DNA of 64,000 bases from Sphyrna mokarran (GCA_024679065.1 JAGIQG010000016.1:9300001-9364000), one strand, 5' to 3'. Shown: positions 1 to 13,116, counted from the first letter of the stretch. Program-made: numbers and translations. Notes: a model not told the origin generated them from the letters alone.

Positions 1-103
1 GGGCAATGTGCAAAGTTCAGAGAGACAGCCACTCAGGGGCGGACTGAGCATTTCCACTGGTGCTGTGAGAGGACATTACTAACTAGCGTGCAACCATACT
101 ACC
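1..103 (-). mobile_element. tRNA-derived SINE head (HE1/V-SINE-like), cut by window edge
   Basis: Reverse complement reads GGGTAGTATGGTTGCACGCTAGTTAGTAATGTCCTCTCACAGCACCAG...CTTTGCACATTG, a decayed match to the elasmobranch SINE head also seen at 848-1127 and 38272. Confidence 0.6.
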
Positions 104-229
104 CTTTCAGGGAGCGATAGTAGAGCTTCTTACTTGAATGGCACCTGTGAAGTCAGAAGTGCTTAGCGACAATAATTACATGGCCATTAACATACATTTT
201 TGTAATCATTTGTTATGAGGAGATTCAAA

Positions 230-312
230 ACTATTGACCATCTCATAAGTCCGGGGGCCAGGTTCAATTCCAGCTTTGGGTCACAGTCTGATTTTTTTTT
301 TACATTTTCGTG
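230..312 (+). mobile_element. SINE head fragment (B-box region)
   Basis: GGGGCCAGGTTCAATTCCAGCTTTGGGTCACAGTCTG: pol III B-box (GGTTCAATTCC) followed by the same SINE body start. Confidence 0.45.
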
Positions 313-847
313 CTCATAAATAAAACGTTCAAATTGTCAAGTCGCCATGATGGCAGGTGAGAGGAGACTCTCTCCACTTTGATGTGGATCTGATTTTAAC
401 GCAAGGACCACCAATCTGTAGCGAATTATAAGTTTCAGAACTGGTTCTGCACTCACACCCTGAACTTGGACAAAATCAATCAACGTTGTTGGTGTTATTC
501 TGCCCACTCAAATAAATAATGTTGTACAATAACTAAAGAAAATGAAATCTAGTTTATAACACAACGTTGTGTTACGTTGCAAAAGAGTTTAACAATAATT
601 TAACAAGATATGGACTATCCTTTACGTGAAAGTATTAATAGTTTGAACTCCAGAATAATTTAAAACACACAAAAAATGAAGACTAAGTATTCGGAGGTAA
701 GTTATGCATACAAGCTATGATAAATGGGATTGATTTATATATAAACTTTACTGTGTTGGAATCGTTTCCAACAGGCAGATAAATGTCAGCAGTGCTGAAA
801 ATGTACCTACACAATTAAATGTCATTTGTGACTAAGGTTAAATGTTG

Positions 848-1127
848 TTCATTATTGTCACAAGTGTGCCCACGTTAACATTGCAATGAGTTTACTCTTA
901 AAATCCTCCAGTCTCCACTCTCCAGCGTCTGTTCATGTACACTAAGAGGGAACTTAAGCCTGGCCAGTGCACCTACTCAGCACGTGTTTTGGATTGATGG
1001 AGAAAATTGGAGATCCGGAGGAAATCCACACAGACATGGGAAAACATGTCGGAACCCATAGGCAGTGACCAAGCTGAGAATTGGGCCAGGCGTTGTGAGG
1101 CAGTAATGGTAACCCACCGTGCTTCCC
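848..1127 (-). mobile_element. Near full-length shark tRNA-derived SINE (HE1/V-SINE-like)
   Basis: Minus strand has head GGGAAGCACGGTGG, core CCATGTCTGTGTGGATTTCCTCCGGATCTCC and tail CATTGCAATGTTAACGTGGGCACACTTGTGACAATAAT; homologous to 38272-38540. Confidence 0.8.
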
Positions 1128-2844
1128 AAAGGGAATAATTCTGCAAAATACATATTTTCACATTAACTGACCGGAATCTAGCATTCCTTGTGTTGTCGGT
1201 AGGCACTTAATTTGCCTGTTTGCTTCCAGTCCTCACATGAACGGCCTCACGATGCACTGATCTCGCAGACATAAATTCTCAGGCTGACTATAAAGAATTA
1301 GACAGAGCTATTGATGATAACTCAGTATTCCATCTGGACTCTATTGTCAAGGAATAGGATCAAACGTCTGACTATCCAGATTGTAGCACCGAGTTTCAAA
1401 CTTGTGGCAGGATTGTGCCAGTGCCCTGCCAGAATGATTGTAGTTCGGTAAAAATGTATATATAAATATTAGTATTTATAACGTGGTAGCTCTGCTCAGG
1501 CAGTGCTAATTAATATAAAGCTATCACAAACGTTTCATGATGTAATAAAATTAAATAAAAACGCACGCCTCATTTCATAGACGTGTAAAGTTGGGAAAAC
1601 GTCCTGATAAGATGTCTTGTAATTTTTTCTTTTAACAAAGCAATGCTTATGAATTAATTGTTATAATATTTCTACTTACCTTACTTTGGAACGAACTTTT
1701 TCCATGTCAAAGTATATTATTTGTGAGGAATCATTTCGTGAAGGACGTTAAGAGATAAATGCTGGCCGCTTGAAAACCACAGTGAAAACATTCGCTGCAT
1801 AAAATGAGTGGGGTATTGCAGTGATTTGTTTGGCTGCATCCATTGCATGTATGTGTTGATAAAACAGCATGTTTTAAACAGAGTATTTAAAATATTATTT
1901 TATTAGTTAATTTCGGTTTCAAAACATGCTGTTTAAATAGAACATGCTTGTTGGACATTGAGGATCTGCACTGATCTGGTTAATAAAACAAGATCCCATT
2001 TTGCTGTTACGTGCAAATTTAACAAGTTTGCTGTGTCTTTGAGGCAAATGAGTTTGAGTCATTGACTCCAGTTTTGTCTGGAAAAAAAAACTCTTTTGTT
2101 TCTAGGTGTAACTGTCACAATTCTGTGCACTCGCTTTCTAAAGAAATCTTCACATATTTTCTGACACCACACAACAATAGCTATTTTACTTGTCTCCTTG
2201 TTGACCATGCATTGAAATTAGTAATTACATCTGTTTCTTCCTTCCATCTCGAGAATGCGAACTGAGGTTTACAAAGCATGCCCGTTCAAAAAATATTTGT
2301 ATGGACATCAGTGGCCAAATTGCACCGTCCAATTGCATATCCTGAATTTCGCCAGCATCTAGTTTCCTCTACATGTATAACTATTTGTGAGTAACATGGC
2401 ATTTCATTCTTCAGATATTAGAACAATTGATAGCCGCAAATAAATCATCGTTCCCATCCCATTGCCAAATCTGATGTCCAACCTTCATTGATTTCATTTT
2501 TACCAGCCATTTACCAGTGCGCTGATATCCACATGGCCAAAGGAGAAAGCAAGTTTAGGTTTTGAATTTCAAAATAGATCAGGGGATAAGATGAATTTTC
2601 CAAGGATGCGTGAAATTCAGGTTTGCAGTAAATTCAACGTGGTGTCTCAATAAAGTAGCGCCGGTTTCATTACATATCAGCAACCACGTTCGCACGACAC
2701 CATGTACACATTTTCTCAACTTTATTTCGTTATGTACCACTCCAGACTTTCTTCCAACTTCAAAAATTACAACAACGTACAATTCCACACGGACAGGATA
2801 GCGGAAATGTTTTGTCTTGCGTAAAATTGCCTTAATGGACAAAT

Positions 2845-3963
2845 AACATAGAACATAGAACATTACAGCGCAGAACAGGCCCTTCGGCCTTCGATGTTGC
2901 GCCGACCAATTAAGAACAAGCAGTGATCCCCTAACCTAAACCATTCTCTTTTTATCCATAAACTTATCTAATAACCTCTTAAACGTCACCAAACTTGGCG
3001 CATCTACAACTGACGCAGGCAGGGCATTCCATACCCTTACCACCCTCTGGGTAAAGAACCTACCTCTGGCATCTGTCCTAAAACCACCACCCCTTAATTT
3101 AAAGCTATGTCCCCTCGTTCTAGCGTTCTACATCCTAGGAAAAAGGCTATCATTGTCCACCCTATCTAAACCTCTAATCATCTTATATGTTTCAATAAGG
3201 TCTCCTCTTAGCCACCTTCTTTCTAACGAAAACAACCTCAAATCCCTCAGCCTGTCTTCATAAGACCTGCCTTCCGTACCAGGCAACATCCTGGTAAACC
3301 TCCTCTGTACCCTCTCCAATGCCTCCACATCTTTCTTATAATGCGGGGACCAGAACTGCACACAACACTCCAAGTGCAGCCACACTAGAGTTTTGTACAG
3401 TTGCAACATGACGTTGCGGCTCCGAAATTCAATCCCCCTACCAATAAAAGCCGAGACTCCGTATGCCTTCTTAACAACCTTATCGACTTGATTGCCAACT
3501 TTCAGGGATCTATGCTCACATACACCAAGATCCCTCTGTTCATCAACACTATTAAGAGTCCTACCATTAGCCCTATACTCTACACATTTGTTATTCCTGC
3601 CACAGTGATTTACTTCACACTTTTCCACATTAAACTCCATTTGCCACGTCTCGGCCCAGCTCTGCAACTTGTCCAAGTCTCTCTGCAAACTATAACACCC
3701 CTCTTCACTATCTACCACTCCTCCGACTTTGGTGTCATCCGCAAATTTACTAATCCATCCTTCAATACCCTCATCCAGATCATTTATAAAAATTACAAAC
3801 AGCAGGGGCCCCAAAACAGATCCCTAAGGTACACCACTTGTAACCAAACTTCGCGATGAATAACTCCCATCAACCACCACGCTCTGCCTTCTATCTGCTA
3901 GCCAATTCCTAATCCAATTAGCTAAATTACCCTCACTCCCATACATCTGCATTTTCTGCAGAA
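2845..3963 (-). mobile_element. Young 5'-truncated CR1 LINE (HER1-like), copy A
   Basis: (TTCTATG)n tail (plus strand AACATAGAACATAGAAC), 3'UTR and RT C-terminus; highly similar to 39453-41229, 31181-31922 and 34554-34720. Confidence 0.95.
3128..3814 (-). pseudogene. CR1 ORF2 reverse transcriptase C-terminal fragment
   Basis: GPLLFVIFINDL...KFADDTK...WQMEFNVEKC...LECCVQFWSP...LERVQRR...LRGDLIETYK; premature stop after FPRM where copies B and D continue EKAS. Confidence 0.95.
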
Positions 3964-4997
3964 CATGATGAGTTTTTCTCAGATCACATTACTTGTCATT
4001 GATTAGCATAACTAGATTGGAACCAGCCTCTGACAGATGCTCCGATTGGCTTCAGGTTGCCCGGATTAATGCAGAGAATGAATCACTAGCTGCGTGGAAT
4101 TGAATTATAAGATATGCAGCAAGAAAGAGCATAGGACAAAAATGATTTTCAATTTGTTATAATTTGAGCTTGAGACTTAGCTGTTCTCACGAGCAATGTT
4201 ATTTGGGTTATTATGAATAAATAGCAACATCAAAAACGAATTCGCTCTGGAATCCTATCATGTAAATTTATATTGGAGATGGCGAGCGAAGGGGAAGGGA
4301 GGGACCACTAATATCGTCATGAAAGCGGAAAGGTCCATCCAGAACGCTGCAATGTCCTAAGACCTAAAGCGATAAAATCATGGACACGCAAATTCCCAGG
4401 CATGGAAGGAAGGAATTCGATTTTTTATACAAATGCATAATATGCATGTATCATTGATAAGTCCAACTTTAATATTTGCAGTTTTTGGCTGATTTGAATA
4501 CTTCTGTGAGTGTATTCTGATATTCATATGGGCGTATTGAAGCTTGATTCACCTATTCATTCACACCACACACGCTGTTATAATGTTTTACTGCGCAGCA
4601 ATATCTTATTGAGTCAATAGTCCTCATTTGATTATTCATTCTTTTGTTTAATCTTTAACCACATGTGTCGTGTTCTAACGCCATTGGGAGGACATTCCAA
4701 TTTCTTCATTCTCATGCGATTAGCAACGCCATAAATTCCCAATTTTCCCCTTAACTAATGTATGCCTTGCACATTTCAGAGTATCACGATATATCTGGGG
4801 AATTAAAAGTTATAAATAATTTCATTATAGGTCTACGAGAACTAAATTGTTTCACTTACCTCCACATTCGAACACCATCCTACCACAATGAAATTTAATT
4901 TGATTTATCATGCTGAAGTGGCCACTTGGCCATTTGCTGTTTGTCACTATTTTTTACGGAAACGTACATATGAGAATTACAGTGAGCCATCATAGTC

Positions 4998-5205
4998 TGT
5001 TTTTCGTCAATGTACACCTAAATTGTTTTAAGAAGAGTTTCGCAGGAACTGAACAATCAGTGAAGGAATCCATATTGCTTCAAGTTTGTAACTTTTGAAT
5101 CATTGTCAGAAAAGTGCAAAATATAACCAATCTCATTTGCAAGATTGTCAGGGTTTCAATGCTCCTGTCAAGAAATTTTGTTGAAATGCTGTACTGCATC
5201 TTGAA
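4998..5205. repeat. Left arm of a ~210-bp inverted repeat (partner 7256-7486)
   Basis: Reverse complement aligns by eye to 7256-7486 at roughly 80% identity with one ~20-nt indel (shared TTCTTGACAGGAGCAT, GACAATCTT, TTTTGCACTTT, GATTCCTTCA, AACTCTTCTTAAAAC, TGTACATTGACGAA). Confidence 0.92.
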
Positions 5206-7255
5206 CACGTTGGATGCTAGATTTCGAGCTTGCGGGGTTTTGAAAGAAGAGTAATGCCACAGGCAATCGGACAGTTTACATCCTCGAATACATTGTGTGA
5301 ATTGAGTTGCATTTTTTTTTAATACTATCTTCAGATATTCGGAAGCAATCCAATTGTTCTCCTTACTTTTTCCATTGAGTGCACTCGACCTGTTTACATT
5401 TTGCCTGGCTTTCCTCTGGTATTTCATTACTTGAGTAAAATAAGATCAGCATCACCTTTCTGTGTGCAAAGAGCTCAGTATGCTAACATTTACCCAGTTT
5501 TTTTTGTGTGTGTGTGTAATTTGATTGTTAGTGTTTAATTCAAAGATTCTTATTCCCATTTCTTTTTAACTAATGCTGAACAAAAATGGACGCACGGCAC
5601 CTGTGAATCGGACATGTTACTTGACAAAATGAACACTGTACAAATCAAACAAAACTTATTGATTTGTGCATTAGTTTTTTTTTAAATATATTCAACCTGT
5701 TGTCACTGGAACTTCTTTAATACACTACATGCACTCCAAAGGAATTTGTAATGTTATCAAATGTATCCTTCATTTGGAAAAAAAAAATGAAATTTTCGTC
5801 ACTGCTTGTGTGATAGTAATTAGTGTGTTGCCTTTTTTCTGATTTTGAACTGGAATTTGCTAAACAATGATTTTTTTTTCCAGGGCTGCCATTCGTTGAG
5901 ATACTATAAGCTGTACATTATAATCAATGTGTTTTTTTTTTGCGGAAACAACGTCTTTCATCATGTTATGTTCTGTCGAACAAAGTAAGATGACATGTAA
6001 ATCTTATAAACAAGATTAAGGGGCGCAAATATAAAGTAAAAATGTTGCAGTTACCGGTCTGTGTAGTATTTCATAGCAAAGGAATTCGGCATGCGATGGC
6101 ATCCAGCATCGCATTAGCTAAGTTTCGAAACATTGACCTCATGACGACTTCAACTTCACTGCTACATATATGAGTGAATAATTCATTATGGCGTGGGGAT
6201 GAGGAGGCTGTCTGTTTTTGTATATATTCTACTCAAGATGAACTCTTATTGGAATACAGTTGTGAAGTGGAATAACTGAAATATCACACAAAATATGCAC
6301 ACAATGTTAGCAGCAAGTGGAACAGTTTTTTTGTTCTTTTACAACTTTCCAGTAATAAATGTGCTTCGTGAATAAGTCAATAAACGAATTCATACTTGGA
6401 ACTAAATGGCAATAATGAAATGTTAAACACAGCTCATAAATACCACGGCACAGAACAAAATTAGACTACATCTTCAATTCTACACTTGATTTTGGCTACG
6501 GCAAACTTCAACTGTTTCATTCAAGGTATCATTCACCTCAACTATCAGAAACTGAAATTTCCTGTGAAGCATACCTACCTCGAACCACGTGCCAAGAACA
6601 ATCAGTCAACCTCGATTAGGCTTCACTGTGCAATCCCATGTAGAAATTAAAATCAGAGATCACCGTGTCATTTATCATTAAAAATAAACATTAACCAATT
6701 TTACTTCCTGACCAGCAGGAAGGTTGCTGGCTTTACAGAACAGGGTGATGGGGATATTATCAAGAACATCAGAAACACCATGCAGAAAAGAATGGGTTAA
6801 GCTCATTCCTTAATGGCATAGTGTCATCACACCCCAATCCTGAAAAATAAAAATAAAACAATATTCAATAATAGCGTTTGCTTTAAAATGTTTTTTTTTT
6901 TGTTCACAATTCTAATAATCTGCAATAGATATGGATACATTTTATAAAATCAAAACATTCAAATATAACAACAGCATAGTCCACTTCGGCCCCATGTCTT
7001 CTGCTTTCCAGTTTTCTTCCCTTAGCTTTCCTTGACACGCTGCTGCATTTCAAACCGGTTAATTGGCAGCCTCCTCTTCTGGACACCTGCGAATCTGGGA
7101 ATATTATGTCAACAAGGAAAAACATCTTTATCATGTAAAAATGTGGTAGTAATTCCCACCTGATCTCTACACATTTCTTGATGAGATTATGATAAAAAAA
7201 TCAGATATTTTTTGTTTTTCCTCCTGAAGGTATCTTATTGTTTGATTCTATTTTT

Positions 7256-7486
7256 TTCAAGGTGCAGTGCAAGATTTCAACTTAGCTTCTTGACAGGAGC
7301 ATCCAAACCCAGACAATCTTACAACTGGCATTAGAACGATATCTGATGCATGGAACATACATTTTGCACTTTCCTGTCAATGCTTCAAAAGTTGCAGACT
7401 TGAATCAATGTTGATTCCTTCATTGGTTGTTCAGTGTCCCGTGGAACTCTTCTTAAAACTATTTAGTTGTACATTGACGAACAACA
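7256..7486. repeat. Right arm of inverted repeat (partner 4998-5205)
   Basis: Same alignment as the left arm; inner ends 5205/7256, outer ends 4998/7486. Confidence 0.92.
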
Positions 7487-7487
7487 T

Positions 7488-8075
7488 GCATTTTAGCTTC
7501 TAAGTCTTGAAACATAGCTGGTTGGAATGGATCCATTTTTGTACATCTCTTTGGTGGCAATATGCTCCAGGACAGATCGCTGTTCACTCGCCCTCTCCTG
7601 AAGGCTTTCCATCCTCTCCAAGACATCTGGGACCTTTGCATCAGGGAAGTATCCTCGAGGCCTGTTTTCTTCCAACTAAATTCATGTCTATTCCCCTTAC
7701 ATTAGAGTGCTCTCTCACCATAGCCCTGCTACGCTTTTTCGTGTATTCATGTGCATCAAAGCCGGCCACAATGCCATGTCCCTGGCTTCTGCTATCTTCA
7801 CCTCGTGAGCCATTCTCCGAATATTATCCGAAATGGTAGATCATTTCTGGCGGAAGATGACCACAGGTGGTGCTTTCAATGCCTTCTTACTGTTGCTCTA
7901 CTTGCTGTTCACCCAATCCTATCTCCCGCAGTATTTTTGATATGTAGCGTGACCAACACATTCACCCTAATGTACAAAACTGGTTCACCATCACAGAATT
8001 ACCAGAGTAAATCCATCCGCTTCAAATGGAACATCCGGAACTGTAGGCGAACACACATCTTGCAAGCGACAGAAG
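7488..8075 (-). pseudogene. CR1 ORF1 remnant (SGNH/GDSL esterase domain), frameshifted
   Basis: Across frames: RAMVREHSNVRGIDMNLVGRKQASR / FPDAKVPDVLERMESL / GEGE / EHIATKE / MFQDLEAKM, colinear with the CR1 ORF1 pattern GDSIVRGTD..GRK..SR..LPGARV.DV.ERL..GEGE..VHIGTND..FRELG.KL. Confidence 0.72.
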
Positions 8076-8089
8076 AGGTAGGTATGTTG

Positions 8090-10578
8090 TTTTATTGAAT
8101 GTCAGAGTTATGCAGAGTGAGGATAACTTCGGGAGTTCAAAGAGTGAGGCCATATTGGATGAACTCAGGAGCAGGAGCGGTACAGCCACACTTTTCTGGT
8201 TATGCTCCAGACCGCTTAGCAGCTACCGTGAGGCGACAGGGCTGACATATCAATTTATCATGAGACTTTTTTAAAAAGGAAACAGTATGGTTCTTGTGAG
8301 AAACGATTTTAACTTTCCTAACATAAACTGGGATTTCATTACTGCCAGGACCATGGATGGAGCAATAAATATTCAGGAGTGCAGGAGTGTTTCTTCAGCG
8401 GGCCACATACTACAGCCTCGGATGTGATATCTTTGACCTCGTTCTAGGTAAAGAGACCGCATAGGTGATTGATGTCCGGGTGTGGGGACATTTTATGAGC
8501 AGTGATTACAATTGCCACAAACAATATTAATAGTCCGAGTTGGAAGTCTGCGGAAAACATACTTCGACAGACATAAGCAGGAATTAGGGAATGCAAACGG
8601 GGGGTGGTTGTTTCAGGATAAATCTCTACACGATAAATGGCAACCTTTGAACAGCCGTTTGCAAACAATTCAGGACAAGTACGTCCATGAAAAAATGAAG
8701 GATAAAATGACAAGATACGGGAATATTGAATTAAAAGTAAAATTGTGAATTTAGTGAAAAAAGAGGGGTAGATAAATTTCAGGAAACAGAATCCAGGTAA
8801 GACACTTAAAGGGTACGAAGATTGAAGGGTGTAGCTTAAACGGGGACTTAAGAGGCCAAAAGGCACAATGAAATCTCATTGGCAGGCACGATTGTTGATA
8901 ATTCTAAGGTTTGTAATGCATATATAGGTGAGGAACAGGGTAGCTGAGGACCGGGTAAATCTTTGCAAGGATAGTAGGTGGATGGGGGTCAGGGGTGGAG
9001 TTGGCGTGGGGGAGGTGGGAGGAGGATTTATGTTTAGAATGAGATGAGGCGGGTGAAGTCCTTAAAGAATATTTTGCATTAGTGTTTACAAGTAAGAAGG
9101 ATGTATTGGATTGTGAGTATAGCAAGTAAGATGTTGGCATTTCAGGAAAGGTATAGATTAAAATAGAGGATGTATTTAAGGTTTTGATAAAATAAGCGTT
9201 AAAATAGAACAAGGCCAGATAAGGTCGATTCAAGAATACTAAGAGAGGTGAGGCAATATATTGCTATGGCTTTGTGCAAAATCTTTGTATTCACCATTGT
9301 CAAGGGCGAGATCCCAGACAATTGAAGATTAGCTAATTCATGTCCCTCCGTTTAAAAAGGACAGAAGAGACATTTCGGATCACGAAAGTGCTTGGGAAAT
9401 TATTGAAGCAAAATCTTCGGAAAGAGAGTATACTCACATCTGAAAGGGAATAGACGTTTTAGCGAAAGTCAGCATGGCTTCCTGAAAGGAAGGTCTTGTA
9501 TCACAAAATTGTTTGTAATAGTTGAAGAAGAAACGAGAAACAATAACCTGGTAGTGGATGTTGTGTACATGGACTAATTAAAGCCTGTTCCGGATGACAG
9601 ACTGATACAGATGGTATAGAAGGTGATTTTGCAAAATGGATACAAAACTAGTATCTGCAAAGTAGAAATGTAATTGGTCTGATTAGTACATGTGCAGATG
9701 ACAAAAATTGCGAGAGAAGCCGATAGTGAGAATGATTGCTCACATGATTCAGATACATCATGAAATAATTTAAGTGAAGTCTTAAGCCGAACGACGACAG
9801 ATGGAATTTGACTTGCATAAATAAGAGGTGGTGCGTAGGAAACAAAACTGCAGAAAGTAAGTACTAAATGTTGGGTGCCTTAGAAACAAGAGCATAAAAA
9901 GCTATACAAGTACGCGGATCAACAGTGCTTTAAAAGTTTCAGATTAGGTGGGCAAGTGGAAATTGAAAGGCATAGCATGCTGACCTTCATCGTGGCATTG
10001 AGATTTGAAATTACGAAATCATGACGCAGTATCAGTCTTTCACTCCTCCGCATGTAGGCGATTGTGGAAAATTCTGAGTCTGCGCACTGCTGCAAAATTG
10101 CTAATGCATTGGAAAGAGTGCGCTAGAGTTTTCAAAACATGTTGCATGGTCTGAGGACGGTCTGAACAACGTGTTTTTTGTTGTTGTTGTTTCATTGGAG
10201 CGTCGTGCCTGAGGTCGAACCTGATACAGGTTTGGAACTTAAAGACAATTTTGGTCAGAATTCATTTTCCAACGACAAAGTGTCAATTAGTCGTGGTTTT
10301 GGTTGAAAATAGAAGAGAAATTTCAAAAGAGATGCAAGAAAGAGGTTTCTTAAGCAGTAAGTGGTGCCTGCCTGGGATGTGCTGCCAGAGGAGGTGCTGA
10401 AGCAGATTGCACATCAATGTTCCAAAGGCATCTATATAGATAGCTGATTAGCCAGGAAATAGACGGACATAGACAACGTGGAGACAAGAAAATATTAGAT
10501 TTGAAAGACATCTGCGTGGGAACAGATTTGGTGTCGGATGGCCTGTTCCTTTGCTCTACTGTTATTTTCCCTTGTTCT
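8090..10578 (+). mobile_element. Old, internally deleted CR1 LINE ORF2 plus 3'UTR
   Basis: Decayed motifs in order: SEAILDELRSRSG (endonuclease), DFNFPNINW (~8305), QHGFLKGRSCITKL (~9470), ADD (~9695), 3'UTR GGATGGCCTGTTCCTTTGCTCTACTG. Confidence 0.85.
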
Positions 10579-12099
10579 CAGTGAGGAGAGGAATTGGTGT
10601 AATGCGATAAATTTCGGAAAGTGAGTGTGGAAGGAAGGAAAAGATGGTGGAAGAATGTGATGGGGCTGGGAAATAGATAGCGAAGGGTTTGCATTTTTTT
10701 ACGTAGCCTGGCCCTTTCTTGCTGACCTCAATGGATTAAAAATAATCTCAGTTAAGAATCAGGTCAAGCGTGATGTCGCAACTGTGGGTGGCAATGCATC
10801 CAGATTGTCGAGCTTGACTGTATTCAGTAACACATCGTTCACGTCAGCTTTCAGAGGACTTGTAATTGTCACGTTAAAGGGTATAATTTCCTGAAGCATT
10901 TGATCTAGCCATGTTACACAAGGATAAAAGTTGCACTCGAGCAGCTGCAAAACAAGAGTTTAACTCTGTTTAACGTATATTGCGAAATCATTTCTTAATT
11001 CATTCAAGACACTTCTGACTGTTGTTATGCATGAGCATACTTGTTTTACTAGAATTAGTCACGATAAAGTTGAAAAAAAATCTATTCTTTGTCTACGTAT
11101 ACCTGAAACAATTTTTTTTTTTTAATAGCACATACACACACAAAACAACACCCAAAATAAAGTCTTCTGCCTCTGTGCGCAGCAGCTGAACCAAAACACA
11201 ACAGTGTAAATATTTAAGGACAGGTGAAATGGAATATAAAAACGGAGCAGGTGGCTCGGATTTCAGGTCCTCCACCTTTCAGAACCTCAGAGATTAAGAA
11301 TTGGCGTTCTTTAAGCACAGATGGTCCAGAACTTCCTTGATCACCAATACGTAAGTGTGGCTCATAATTTATTAAACCAGCATTCGACTCGAAGGTACAG
11401 GCCAATGACTCCTTGAAATTAAGTAAAACTGTGAACTGCAATGCAATAACATTTGAAGTTCTAGTAGACGCTTGCGTCATGGTCAGTAGATATTGATTTC
11501 CACATTTAGATTCAGAGCGCTGTACTACAAAATCAAATAAGAATTTGCTCAAAGGGTTCCTCGAATATTAGAATGCCTAATAAGAGAACAGATTTTGTTA
11601 CGACTCGAGGCGTTGTAATACTCTGTATGAATGTTGTGACTGGAAAGAAAATAAATCACATCTTCATGCAGCCAAGGCAAATATAATTTTTCGTGTAAAT
11701 GCATACGACTAAAGGAATTCCCATTGCTACCTAAGGGGCAAGCCGCGCAAATAATTTATAAACCCACTAGTAATATCATTCAATGAACTTTGGCTGATTG
11801 CTCATTTGCGCAAACATGGAAATGCTTCATTTACTAATTAAAACATAATTTTAAGGTAATAACATGCCGATATACACATAGGCATTTTTATCTCTATATG
11901 TTTACCTTGCAATTTTTCTAAATTATTGTAAATAAAAAAAAAACGTCCACATCACCCTGCATCTGTCTCATTTTCTAACTCTCTGATCAGGAATCTTTTT
12001 CCAAAATGAACTTTTTTTCATTTTCACTGTTTGCCATCACACAGTCAGAAACACGCACAAAATATAAGTCATTTAACAACTCAATTGTTTGATATGCCA

Positions 12100-12460
12100 C
12101 TGTTTCTTTTCAACAACACCAGGCTTTACTCCCTCCTGTGAGCCAGCTATATTGTCAGTCAAGATGAACAGTTCACCTCGACAATATTATTTCCCTATTA
12201 TTCCTGCCACCACATCTGCAATTTTCGCTGGACTCTCCGCCTTCAGGTTTTACAATGGAAAACTACTGTTGCCTTCCTGATTGCTATTTATTACCAGCTT
12301 GACTGGAAGTTCTCCAGCCAACCATCTCACTCCACACCTCTTACCATCAACGATGACGCATCACTGTAAATCTGAAAATTCTAACACCTTTGCCTAGTCT
12401 CCATGGTGCGTTACTGAACTTTACCCACGAAGGTAAACTCCCCAAGGAGATTTGGCGTTT
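12100..12460 (+). mobile_element. Possible highly decayed Penelope-like element fragment
   Basis: C-rich segment (TTCCTGCCACCACATC...CTCTCCGCCTTCAGG) resembling shark Penelope-like sequence from memory; no clean protein motif. Confidence 0.25.
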
Positions 12461-13073
12461 TCTTATCAACCAGAACCACACTGGGCTAATTTATTCCCCT
12501 CTTTAGATTTAAAAGCCTCTTTACATTCCATGGAAGAATATAAGATCATCACCCCTCTTCTTGCACTAGTAATTATTGCATAGACACATCAAATTATCGT
12601 GAATTGGATTGTGAAAGTGGTGGAATTGTTGAACGAAACTACATGTTATATTTGACAAGGCACACATGCAAATACATTGTTAAATATGCTTCCGTACCAT
12701 CCTTTGTCTTTACAAGTTCTGCCAAGTAAAAGAAAAGTACTCAGAATTATATGTTTCATCGTGATTAAGATAAATAAGAGATCAAAATGTAATATACATT
12801 GATGATTGTATATGACATCTCTGCCAATGGTGACATGATGATGCATGACATTCAGTAAATCGTCGGATACCGTTGGGTCATTTGAGATCGCAATATATTA
12901 TGTTTACCTCATTGGTTGCACACAAAAGCAACAATGATGCATGAAAAATGTAATGAGTGTGCAGTGCGAAGTTTCTTTTTTTTTCCCCCACGGTTGAAGA
13001 CCTCATTGCAGAAGTTCACTTGTGATGCGGTGTGATAGATAGATTTCATATGAAATATCTGCAGCTGCATCCA

Positions 13074-13075
<2 letters not shown>

Positions 13076-13111
<36 letters not shown>

Positions 13112-13116
13112 ATATC

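Noticed and set aside
1778-1805. V(D)J recombination signal (CACAGTG + 12 + GCATAAAAT), and other CACAGTG heptamers
   Set aside because: Nonamers are poor and no V, D or J coding segment is adjacent.
7493-7675. Coiled-coil or Myb-partner reading of ORF MEENRPRG...
   Set aside because: Better explained as frameshifted CR1 ORF1 esterase.
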